From: a virus
Lineage: Duplodnaviria; Caudoviricetes
Reading direction: 5' to 3' (one strand)
DNA length: 64,000 nt
IMG/VR virus record: IMGVR_UViG_3300042154_002208
The translations under genes were made by a program, and so were the position numbers. Under the pieces are notes generated by a model. The model worked only from the letters and a program-made list of their open reading frames with translations. It did no database searches and was not told the DNA's origin. Each line of letters begins with the position of its first letter. Within the stretch, counting starts at the first letter, position 1. Shown here piece by piece: positions 44,126 through 53,364 of this stretch.

Positions 44126-47100
44126 ATGTCAAATACATATTCTGTAAGTAACGTAAACACGGGCACCGTTGCAAATGACGGCCAGGGTGATCCTTTACGC
44201 ACTGCCTTTTTAAAGATAAATCAAAATTTTGCAAACGTATATGCCTATGCAAATTTAGCATATTATAATGGTCAAGGCGGAGGAGGCGGAAACATTGTTT
44301 ATTATAATAATACGGTTACAAACGTAACGTATTATAATAATACGTCTGCAAATCTAGTTGGGTATGTAAACTTAACGTTACTTAACGCAGAATTGGCAAA
44401 TGTAAGAGCAGTAAATTTAGCAAATCTAAACGCAGAATTGGCAAATATACGAGCAGTAGATTTATCAAATCTAAATGTTAGATTGGCAAATCTTAGAATT
44501 GACTTAGGTATATTGGATAATAAACTTGCAAATGTTTCTGTTGTTAATTTGAGCGATGTTACTAACGCATTAGCAAATATTAGTAATATTACATCATTGG
44601 GAAATTTGGGAAATATTATTGGCTCAATTGCAGCAAACGCAAATGCAGTGGCTAGAGTAGCATTGGTGTCTAATTTATCCGCAAATGGTACAGCAAACGG
44701 ACAACAGGCATATAATACAACAGACGGCGGGCTATACATTTGGCAAGGCAATGCTTGGGTAAGCCCAGGTGCAGCATTTACGCCCACTGCAAGTTCTATT
44801 AGTGGTGTTGAAATATTCACAGTATTTTCATTGCCAACCGGCCCAGGCGATGGCCGAGACTTTAATGGCAGACAAGGATTTTATAATGGTAATTTATACA
44901 TAAGAACAAGTGGTGCATGGGCATCCTATAATAGTTTTATTACTGGGTCGGGAACTCCTGTTTTATCTGCGGGTATTATTACAGCAACTGAACTTGCTGC
45001 AGGTTCAGTAATTGCAGGTAAAATTGGTGCAGCTGCAATTAGTGCTGCTGAAATTGCTGCAGGGGCAATTACTGCTAATTTAATTGCTTCTAATTCTATT
45101 ATTGCGGGCAAAATTGCGGCAGGTGTAATTAGTGCAACTGAAATTGCTGCAGGTGCAATCACCGCAGATAAAATTGGTGCAAGTTCAATATATGCAGGTG
45201 CAATTCAAGCAAACGCAATTACCGCAGGTAAAATTGCCTCAAATGCAATTTTTGCAAATAATATTGCAGCATATCAAATTACAGCAGGCAAAATTGAAGC
45301 AAATGCTATTACTGCAACAGAAATTGCTGCAGGTGCTATTTATACTCGCAATTTAACGGCAGGATGTGTGTCGGCAAATGAAATTGCAGTAAACTCAATA
45401 TATGCGGGGGCAATTCAAGCATTGGCAATTACTACAGACAAAATTGAGGCTAATGCAATTACTGCAGTAAAAATTGCTGCAAGTTCAATTTATGCTGGTG
45501 CAATTCAAGCAGGCGCAATTACTGCGGACAAAATTGAGGCTAATGCAATTACTGCAGTAAAAATTGCGGCAAATTCAATATATGCAGGTGCAATTCAAGC
45601 AGGCGCAATTACTGCGGACAAAATTGCAGCAAATTCAATTACTGCAGTAAAAATTGCAGCTGGATCTATTACTGCTGATCTAATAGATTCTAGAGGATTG
45701 ACAATTAAAGATTCAGCAGGTACAGTTTTAATATCTGCGGGTAGCATTTCAGGTTCAATTCCTGTTTCAATTGTTGGCGGATCTCCTACAACTCTTCAAA
45801 ATCTTGCATCAAGTGCCACTGCAAAACTCTTAGATTTGCAAAATGATTTTCCAGGATTTGGTGTATCTAATGGTACATATACTAATACGTCTGAGATAAC
45901 ATTAACTGCTATCCTAACCGGACTAACAGGTACGGTTACATTTACTGTTACAGCTGGAACAGCAACTTTGACAAGCGGCGCAACTACAAATGCTAGAAAA
46001 TTAACATTTGCGAATATGGGGTCTGATTCTGTAACAATTACAGCAACACTTACAGACTCTGGAACAACTTATAGCGATATTGTTAGTTTATATAAAGTGT
46101 ACAATGGTAGCACTACTCCCTTAATGTATTTAACAGATGAAAATAGAACTTTGCCTGCAGATTCTTCAGGCACAGTTAGTTCTTTTACAGGAGTTTCTAC
46201 TGAGGCAGTAGTATATGAAGGATTAAATGTTTCAACAGCTTCTTGGACTTTTAATTCAACAGCATCCGGATGTACTATATCAACAAGCGGAGTAGGGAAT
46301 AAAGTTATTAATGTTACTGCAATGTCCGCAGATACTGCAACGGTTACAATTGTAGCAACTAGATCAGGATATGCATCTTTAACAAGAATATATAAATTAT
46401 CTAAAGCAAAAGCTGGCCCACAAGGTACTGCCGGTACAAATGGAACTAACGGAGCAGCTGGCGCAAGGGGAAGTATTAGAACATCATACCCATATCCCGG
46501 CCCATGGAGTGATTCAATTGCAGCGTATGCCATATCACTTGCGAACGGAGGATCGCCTATAATAACAGATGAAGTTACTCTATATAATGGTTCGGTAAAT
46601 TATTCTGAAACTAAAGTATATACCGGTTCTGGCTGGTCAAGTGTTGTTGCGTCATTCAATGGCTCTATATTAATTAACGGCACAGTTATTGCATCTAAAA
46701 TTGCAACTGGCGCAATTACTGCAGATAAAATTGGTGCTGGAGCGATTACTGCAGCCAAAATTGATGCAGGTGCAATTACCGCAGATAAAATTGGGGTAGG
46801 TGCAATTACCGCAGATAAGATAAGTGCAGCTACAATTACTGCGGATAAAATCCAATCAAGTACCGGTACAACAGTTAGTTATGGAAAATATGGATTTGGA
46901 GCAGGTGCTCAAATTGGCAACTATAATGGGGTTCTTACTGCAGAAACAGTGAATCCAAATTACTTTGGTATAATAGGTGCAAGTAATACTTCTCAACCGG
47001 GTATAGTTGCAGGTAATAGATATGGATTGCAACAAGGAGATGCATTTGCATTTTTTAGAATGTCTGGAGGACAATATAGTTCTTCGTCTACAGATTGGAG

Positions 47101-47911
47101 AACATATGGTATTCTTGGCGGCTATTTTATAGGCGGCCAAATAGTTTGTCAAAACGATTATTTGGGCCCTGCTCCTGGTACTCCTAATAGTACAGCAACT
47201 CTTGCACAATACGGTGTAGCTGCGGGACAGTTTACACACTTTGCTTTCGGTGGAACTCAACTTTCTAAAGCAATAATTGCAGACGCCACAGGCAATTCTT
47301 TCAAAGCCATACAAGGGCCGGTAAATTTAAACGGGCAAGGGTTTGTGCAATTTACAGGATCGCACGACGGACTTATAGAACTAAATGAGGCTGTAGATAT
47401 AGGAGATATTTTAGTTGATGTACGTATAGTTGCTTCAAAAAATATAAGTGATGCTGTAAGTATTGTTACAAAATCTACACAAATAAATCAAAAATCAGTA
47501 TTTGGCATTATGCGAGAATATCCATATGAAAAATATATCCCATATACATTAGTTGAAGAATATGAATATGAAAAAATTACAGAGACTCCGTTCGGAGGAG
47601 ATACCGCTAACAGTGAAGTTGCACCTACTATTGTAAAGGATGAAAGATTAAATCCAATTTATCAATCTTTAACAGATACGCATAAATTTGTATTTATCAA
47701 TAGCGTAGGCGAAGGCTTAGTTAATGTATGTGGCGAAAATGGCAACATAGAAATTGGAGATTACATCACAACATCTTCAATACCGGGTAAAGGCATGAAA
47801 CAAAGTGATGATTTAATGCGCAATTATACTGTAGCAAAATCTAGAGAAAATGTTACATTCTCCTCACCAACTGAAGTTAAGCTGGTTGCTTGTACATACC
47901 ACTGCGGATAA
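44126..47911 (+). CDS. long tail fibre / receptor-binding protein with 10-aa repeats and C-terminal chaperone-like domain
   Basis: N-terminal GTVANDGQGDPLRTAFLKINQNF; AGAITADKI repeats; C-terminal GEGLVNVCGENG..IGDYITTS..ACTYHCG. Confidence 0.8.
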   Translation: MSNTYSVSNVNTGTVANDGQGDPLRTAFLKINQNFANVYAYANLAYYNGQGGGGGNIVYYNNTVTNVTYYNNTSANLVGYVNLTLLNAELANVRAVNLANLNAELANIRAVDLSNLNVRLANLRIDLGILDNKLANVSVVNLSDVTNALANISNITSLGNLGNIIGSIAANANAVARVALVSNLSANGTANGQQAYNTTDGGLYIWQGNAWVSPGAAFTPTASSISGVEIFTVFSLPTGPGDGRDFNGRQGFYNGNLYIRTSGAWASYNSFITGSGTPVLSAGIITATELAAGSVIAGKIGAAAISAAEIAAGAITANLIASNSIIAGKIAAGVISATEIAAGAITADKIGASSIYAGAIQANAITAGKIASNAIFANNIAAYQITAGKIEANAITATEIAAGAIYTRNLTAGCVSANEIAVNSIYAGAIQALAITTDKIEANAITAVKIAASSIYAGAIQAGAITADKIEANAITAVKIAANSIYAGAIQAGAITADKIAANSITAVKIAAGSITADLIDSRGLTIKDSAGTVLISAGSISGSIPVSIVGGSPTTLQNLASSATAKLLDLQNDFPGFGVSNGTYTNTSEITLTAILTGLTGTVTFTVTAGTATLTSGATTNARKLTFANMGSDSVTITATLTDSGTTYSDIVSLYKVYNGSTTPLMYLTDENRTLPADSSGTVSSFTGVSTEAVVYEGLNVSTASWTFNSTASGCTISTSGVGNKVINVTAMSADTATVTIVATRSGYASLTRIYKLSKAKAGPQGTAGTNGTNGAAGARGSIRTSYPYPGPWSDSIAAYAISLANGGSPIITDEVTLYNGSVNYSETKVYTGSGWSSVVASFNGSILINGTVIASKIATGAITADKIGAGAITAAKIDAGAITADKIGVGAITADKISAATITADKIQSSTGTTVSYGKYGFGAGAQIGNYNGVLTAETVNPNYFGIIGASNTSQPGIVAGNRYGLQQGDAFAFFRMSGGQYSSSSTDWRTYGILGGYFIGGQIVCQNDYLGPAPGTPNSTATLAQYGVAAGQFTHFAFGGTQLSKAIIADATGNSFKAIQGPVNLNGQGFVQFTGSHDGLIELNEAVDIGDILVDVRIVASKNISDAVSIVTKSTQINQKSVFGIMREYPYEKYIPYTLVEEYEYEKITETPFGGDTANSEVAPTIVKDERLNPIYQSLTDTHKFVFINSVGEGLVNVCGENGNIEIGDYITTSSIPGKGMKQSDDLMRNYTVAKSRENVTFSSPTEVKLVACTYHCG
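44384..44473 (+). repeat. 45-bp tandem repeat x2 (NAELAN.RAV.L.NL)
   Basis: AACGCAGAATTGGCAAAT at 44384 and 44429. Confidence 0.8.
44970..45690 (+). repeat. 30-bp (10-aa) repeat array with a 90-bp higher-order unit
   Basis: GACAAAATTG at 45437, 45527 and 45617; a second shorter array at about 46680-46860; edges approximate. Confidence 0.85.
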
Positions 47912-47914
47912 TAA

Positions 47915-49024
47915 ATGGCAATAACTAAAAATTTAGTAATAGATCAAGGCAGTACATTTACTGCCAATCTACAATACGTTACAAATAGTAAAATTCCTGT
48001 TGATTTAACGGGGTACACTGTTAGAAGCCAATTGCGCAAATCTTATAAAAGTGCAAACTCTGCCTCAATTGCAGCAACTGTTATAAACGCAGCATATGGA
48101 AACATATCATTATCGTTGTCGGCAACTCAGACTTCAAATTTACCACATGGAAGATATGTTTACGATGTTGAAGCCTTGCAAGGAAACACCGTTATACGAA
48201 TCGTTGAAGGAATTATAACTGTATATCCCGGAGTTTCTGGAATAGCAACCGGATCAATTTTAATAAATGGTAAAAATACTTCGGATATATCTGAAGGTAC
48301 TAACTTATATTTTACAAATGCAAGAGTATATGCAAATGTCATAAGTTTATTGCCAAATAATACAACAAATGTTAAAGCTGATTATTTTACAGGTAATGGA
48401 TCATTATTAACTGGTATAATTGGATCGAATGTTGTGGGAACAGTACCAGCCTCAAATATTGTAACAAACCCTATCCAAACAAATATTACCGGGGTTGGTA
48501 CTTTAACCGCATTAACAATAGCAGGAACTTTAACTGGTAATAATATTGTTGCGTCTGGAAATATAACTGCTTCAAATTTTGTAGGATCGGGGGCAGGTAC
48601 ACCCGCTATATCTTCAGTAACCAATTTAGATTTAATACCTACTATTGCTGTTAGGATATTAGGTAGTGGAACTTTAACGGCAATTGGTGATATAACAAGT
48701 TCAAATTTACTCACAAGAAATTATTTAATAAATTCAATACAAACAAATATTTCTGCAGCTGGAACTACGCAAAATACTGCCACATTATTGGGAAATACAA
48801 TTAACATCGTAAATACCGGTATAAGCGGATCGGGTGTTATTTTGCCAAATGTAAATCCTGGAATTGTAATTTTTATTAAAAATGCAACAGGCAATGATAT
48901 ATCAGTATACCCACAATTAAATGCACAAATCGATGGGGCATCTGCTAATACTGCATATGTACTAACAAGTAGCAACAATACTCTTCGTTTAATTTCTGCA
49001 AGTTACACACAGTGGTATACATGA
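47915..49024 (+). CDS. tail/baseplate-associated protein with BppU-like N-terminus
   Basis: NLVIDQGSTF..DLTGYTVRSQLRKSY..GRYVYDVE..RIVEGIITVYPGV. Confidence 0.7.
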   Translation: MAITKNLVIDQGSTFTANLQYVTNSKIPVDLTGYTVRSQLRKSYKSANSASIAATVINAAYGNISLSLSATQTSNLPHGRYVYDVEALQGNTVIRIVEGIITVYPGVSGIATGSILINGKNTSDISEGTNLYFTNARVYANVISLLPNNTTNVKADYFTGNGSLLTGIIGSNVVGTVPASNIVTNPIQTNITGVGTLTALTIAGTLTGNNIVASGNITASNFVGSGAGTPAISSVTNLDLIPTIAVRILGSGTLTAIGDITSSNLLTRNYLINSIQTNISAAGTTQNTATLLGNTINIVNTGISGSGVILPNVNPGIVIFIKNATGNDISVYPQLNAQIDGASANTAYVLTSSNNTLRLISASYTQWYT

Positions 49025-50607
49025 TGCAGACAGAATTTAAAGAATATATTGTGGGGTTGAAAGAGAACGTAGATTATAATACTTTTTGGTATGAAATTGA
49101 AAATGAAATTCTCGAAACTGAATATGTTCCAAGTCGCCCAGTAGAAATTATTAATGAGAGACCTTTAAGTACACGGTGTTGCCATTACGCATTAACTGAC
49201 TTAGAGGCGATTGCATTAAGACAAGATTCCAGAGTACAATGTGTTGAAATTCCCGCAGATCAGCGAACAGATATTAAAATTAAATCTTTTGCAAGCCAAT
49301 CTGGGATTTATTATAAATTTCCAAATACAGGTAGAAATCCCAACAATGCATTGGGTGTAAATTGGGGATTATTCAGACTAAACAGTACTACAAATAATAC
49401 CATAGGAGCATCTGGAAATTTATTATATAACTATCCGTTAGATGGAACAGGCGTCGATATAGTAATTCAAGATGGAGGATTACAATGCGATCATCCAGAA
49501 TTTGAAAATTCCAAAGGAGAAACCAGAGTTCAAAAAATAAATTGGTATTCTGCTAGTGGATTACCTGGCACACAACCAGCTGACAATCTTTTCTATATTG
49601 ATACCGACGGACACGGAACTCATGTTGCAGGAATTGCTGCTGGAAAAACTTATGGCAGAGCAAAAAACTCCAACATTTATTCTATTACAGTTGACGGATT
49701 AAACGGTGCAAATTCACAGGGCATGCCTATTAGTGATGTGTTTGATGTAATTAAAGGTTGGCACAATAATAAACCAATAGATCCTGCAACAGGATTTAAA
49801 CGCCCTACTGTTGTCAATATGAGTTGGGGGTATACCGCTGCGTTTCAAAATATAACTGGCGGAAATTATCAAGGCAACGCGTGGACAGGAACAACCAAAC
49901 AAGCTGCGTACGGTATGATTGGAAGCGATACCAATACTCACGGTGTTAGAATAAGTTCTGTAGATATAGACATTAGCGAAATGATAGCAGCTGGCATTGT
50001 TATATGTGGCGCTGCTGGAAATAATTATCAAACAATAGATACTCCTACTGGAATAAATTTTAATAATTACTATAATAGCAGCGTATATGGGCAGGTTTAT
50101 TATATGCAAGGCGGTAGCCCAACCGCAGCTTCAGGTGTAATTACTGTGGGAAATATATGGACAGGAGATCCTTCCATAGGATTTGCCGAACAAAAGGCAG
50201 CATCCAGTGAGTCTGGCCCAAGAGTCGATATTTATGCTCCTGGCACATTTATTATAAGTACAATGTCAACTACAAATGCATTTAGTTGTAATACGCAGTA
50301 TCCTAATAACAATTCTTTTTTAATAGGAACTTTATCTGGAACTTCAATGGCTGCACCGCAAGTTGCAGGTATGTGTGCGCAATTGTTACAAGCATATCCC
50401 TCTTATACTCCGGCACAAATCAAAGCAAAGATAGTTACTGATAGCGCAGCCAATGTTTTGTATGATACTGGGTTAACTGACGATTATAGTGTACTGTACA
50501 CCCTACATGGTAGCCAAAATTCTTATGCGTTTCAACCGTTTAACGCTGCAACAAATTTTAATGTTGCCTCCGGTGTTGTAATGAATAATATTACAATAAA
50601 TACATAA
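49021..50607 (+). CDS. subtilisin-like serine protease (S8)
   Basis: Catalytic triad DIVIQDGG / GHGTHVAG / GTSMAAPQVAG; oxyanion AAGN. Confidence 0.9.
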   Translation: MMQTEFKEYIVGLKENVDYNTFWYEIENEILETEYVPSRPVEIINERPLSTRCCHYALTDLEAIALRQDSRVQCVEIPADQRTDIKIKSFASQSGIYYKFPNTGRNPNNALGVNWGLFRLNSTTNNTIGASGNLLYNYPLDGTGVDIVIQDGGLQCDHPEFENSKGETRVQKINWYSASGLPGTQPADNLFYIDTDGHGTHVAGIAAGKTYGRAKNSNIYSITVDGLNGANSQGMPISDVFDVIKGWHNNKPIDPATGFKRPTVVNMSWGYTAAFQNITGGNYQGNAWTGTTKQAAYGMIGSDTNTHGVRISSVDIDISEMIAAGIVICGAAGNNYQTIDTPTGINFNNYYNSSVYGQVYYMQGGSPTAASGVITVGNIWTGDPSIGFAEQKAASSESGPRVDIYAPGTFIISTMSTTNAFSCNTQYPNNNSFLIGTLSGTSMAAPQVAGMCAQLLQAYPSYTPAQIKAKIVTDSAANVLYDTGLTDDYSVLYTLHGSQNSYAFQPFNAATNFNVASGVVMNNITINT

Positions 50608-50632
50608 TAAAAATAAATATAAAGGATATCAC

Positions 50633-51376
50633 ATGGCGTCAATAACATCTAGAGAACAATTAAAAGAATATTGCCTACGACGACTAGGTGCTCCTGTTAT
50701 TGAAATCAATGTAGATGAAGATCAACTTGAAGATCGTATTGATGATGCATTTCAATTCTACAGAGAGTATCATTATGATGCTGTAGAAAAAGTTTATCTA
50801 AAGCATTTGGTAACTCAACAAGATTTGACCAATTTGTATATACCTATTCCTGATGCGGTTGTAGGAGTAGAGCGCGTATTGCCTTTTAGTAATAAATCAA
50901 CGGGGATAAATATTTTTGACATTAGATATCAAATTCTAATTAACGACCTTTATTCTTTAATGTCAACTGATTTAATTTATTACACGCAAGTTAGACAACA
51001 ATTGGAATTGATTAACCAAACGTTAGTAGGTGTAAAACCTGTTAGATTTAATCGCCATATGAATCGTCTATACATAGATATGGACTGGGCAGCGGATGTT
51101 GATGTGGGAAGTAATATTGTTGTTGAAGCATGGCGAATCTTAGATCCAGACACATATACAGATGTTTATAATGATATGTTCCTGAAAAGGTATACGACAG
51201 CTTTAATTAAGCGGCAATGGGGAACAAATATGAAAAAATTTGACGGAGTGCAACTTCCTGGAGGAGTTGTTTTAAATGGTGGCAAAATATATGATGAAGC
51301 AGAAGATGAATTACTAAAAATTGAAACTGAAATACAATCTAGATTTGAATTACCAGTAGATTTCTTTACAGGCTGA
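50633..51376 (+). CDS. gp13: neck protein gp13
   Basis: REQLKEYCLRRLGAPVIEINVDEDQLEDRID..KRQWGTNMKKF. Confidence 0.92.
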   Translation: MASITSREQLKEYCLRRLGAPVIEINVDEDQLEDRIDDAFQFYREYHYDAVEKVYLKHLVTQQDLTNLYIPIPDAVVGVERVLPFSNKSTGINIFDIRYQILINDLYSLMSTDLIYYTQVRQQLELINQTLVGVKPVRFNRHMNRLYIDMDWAADVDVGSNIVVEAWRILDPDTYTDVYNDMFLKRYTTALIKRQWGTNMKKFDGVQLPGGVVLNGGKIYDEAEDELLKIETEIQSRFELPVDFFTG

Positions 51377-51440
51377 TACTTAATATCACCTAACCTCATA
51401 GCATATACTAACACCGAAGTCAATAGAAGTCTATAGAATT

Positions 51441-52190
51441 ATGGCAACAGTTAACCATTATTTTCAATCTGGCATTCCGATAGGCAGAGCCTCGGAGCAG
51501 AATCTCTACGAAGATCTAATAATCGAATGCCTACAAATCTATGGTTTCGAAGTCTATTATATCCCACGAACATCCTTTAATGAGGATCGTATTTTGGTTG
51601 AAGATCCGTTAAATCATTATGAGAATGCGTATCCTATTGAGATGTATTTGGAAAACACAAATGGATTTGAGGGTGAGGGAGACCTACTAACAAGATTTGG
51701 GGTCGAACTTCGAGACAGCGCATCCTTTGTAGTATCAAGACGTAGATGGGATAAAGAAGTTGGTAGTAAAGGTCAAACAGTTTTGGCTAACAGACCAGCT
51801 GAAGGCGACGTATTATACTTCCCATTAACCAAATCCTATTTTGAAATACGCAAGGTAGAAGGAGATACTCCATTCTATCAGCTTGGCAAACTCTACATAT
51901 TTAGAATGCAATGTGAGCTGATGCAATTCTCTAGCGAGAACTTTAATACGGGTATTGATGAGATTGATACCTATGCAGATTCGATAGATCAAAATTTAAA
52001 CAACTTTGAATTATTGGTAGAATCAGACGGCCCATTATTATTAGAATTTAACACAGAAACACCGATGATTCTAGAAAGTTACAAAATAACAACAGTTGAT
52101 GCCGGTGCTAGAAACGACGACTTTGATACTGGTATTACAGACATATTAGATTTTACAGAAAGAAATCCATTTGGTGAGGTATTTAAATAA
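51441..52190 (+). CDS. gp14: neck protein gp14
   Basis: EDLIIECLQIYG..YPIEMYLE..RPAEGDVLYFP. Confidence 0.92.
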   Translation: MATVNHYFQSGIPIGRASEQNLYEDLIIECLQIYGFEVYYIPRTSFNEDRILVEDPLNHYENAYPIEMYLENTNGFEGEGDLLTRFGVELRDSASFVVSRRRWDKEVGSKGQTVLANRPAEGDVLYFPLTKSYFEIRKVEGDTPFYQLGKLYIFRMQCELMQFSSENFNTGIDEIDTYADSIDQNLNNFELLVESDGPLLLEFNTETPMILESYKITTVDAGARNDDFDTGITDILDFTERNPFGEVFK

Positions 52191-52942
52191 TGTTAGATCA
52201 AAGATTTTACTGGGGAACAACTAGAAAAGCAATTGTTGCTTTTGGTAATATGTTTAATTCTATTACCATTGATCGTAAAGATGCAGATGGGAATAGTGAG
52301 GAAACATTAAGAATACCTTTATCATATGCGCCTAAAACAAAGTTCTTAGCTAGAATACAACAGCAACCTAATGTGGATGAGCGGCCAGTTCAAGTAGTAT
52401 TACCAAGAATGTCTTTTGAGATGTTGTCGTTGGAATATGATGTTAATCGAAAAATAAGTCCGCTTCAACAAAATAGAGCAATTAATTCTACAATTAATAC
52501 CTTAGATACTCAGTATGCACCTACTCCGTATAATATACAAGTTGCATTATATGTATATGCTAAGAATCAAGATGATGGTTTACAAATAATAGAACAAATT
52601 ATACCATACTTTAATCCTGATTATAATTTAACGATGAAAGTAATCCCGCAGATGGGTATTAAAAATGATTTGCCAATTTTGTTAAATGGTATAAGCTTTG
52701 ACGATACGTATGAGGGCGATTTTTCAGATAGACGGTCTATTATTTGGACATTAAATTTTACAATGAAATTAAATTATTATGGCCCAATTAATAGACAGGG
52801 TGTTATTAAGAAAGTTATTGCTAACACTTATAGTAATGAAAATTTAACTGAAAAGCAATCATCTATTACTATACAACCAGATCCATTGACAGCTAAGCCT
52901 GGAGATGATATTGGCTTTATTGAAACCTTTGAAGATTTTTAA
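52190..52942 (+). CDS. gp15: tail sheath stabiliser / tail completion gp15
   Basis: IVAFGNMFN, IPLSYAPK, LPRMSFE, QIIEQIIPYFNP. Confidence 0.92.
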   Translation: MLDQRFYWGTTRKAIVAFGNMFNSITIDRKDADGNSEETLRIPLSYAPKTKFLARIQQQPNVDERPVQVVLPRMSFEMLSLEYDVNRKISPLQQNRAINSTINTLDTQYAPTPYNIQVALYVYAKNQDDGLQIIEQIIPYFNPDYNLTMKVIPQMGIKNDLPILLNGISFDDTYEGDFSDRRSIIWTLNFTMKLNYYGPINRQGVIKKVIANTYSNENLTEKQSSITIQPDPLTAKPGDDIGFIETFEDF

Positions 52943-53364
52943 TGAAAAATATACCAGAACTTGATAAGATTTTTGATATTGAACCACAATCTCCTGCGGA
53001 GAATTTGCCTGCAATTGCTCCAGAAACTGGCAAGAATATAGATCAAGAAGATGATTACCAATTGGCAAGAAGCACATTGCGCAATCTAATATATAAAAGT
53101 GAGAACACTTTAGATGACATGATTGAACTTGCTAAAAATTCCGAGCACCCTAGAACATATGAAGTAGCAGGCCAGCTAATTAAAACTGTATCAGATGTTG
53201 CTAAAGATTTAATTGAATTGCAGAAAAAAGTTAAAGATTTAAAAGACGGCGACTCTGTATCTGCAAAGAATGTAACAAATAATAATGTGGTATTTGCTGG
53301 ATCAACAGCTGAGTTATTTAAGATGTTGAAAAACAAAGACGACGGTAAGACAATTGAGCAATAA
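52942..53364 (+). CDS. gp16: terminase small subunit gp16
   Basis: DDYQLARSTL..SEHPRTYEVAGQL..VFAGSTAEL. Confidence 0.92.
   Translation: MKNIPELDKIFDIEPQSPAENLPAIAPETGKNIDQEDDYQLARSTLRNLIYKSENTLDDMIELAKNSEHPRTYEVAGQLIKTVSDVAKDLIELQKKVKDLKDGDSVSAKNVTNNNVVFAGSTAELFKMLKNKDDGKTIEQ

Noticed and set aside
44970-46860. Diversity-generating retroelement (TR/VR) in the tail fibre repeats
   Set aside because: The repeats are in-frame tandem coding units, differences are not adenine-specific, and no reverse transcriptase is present.
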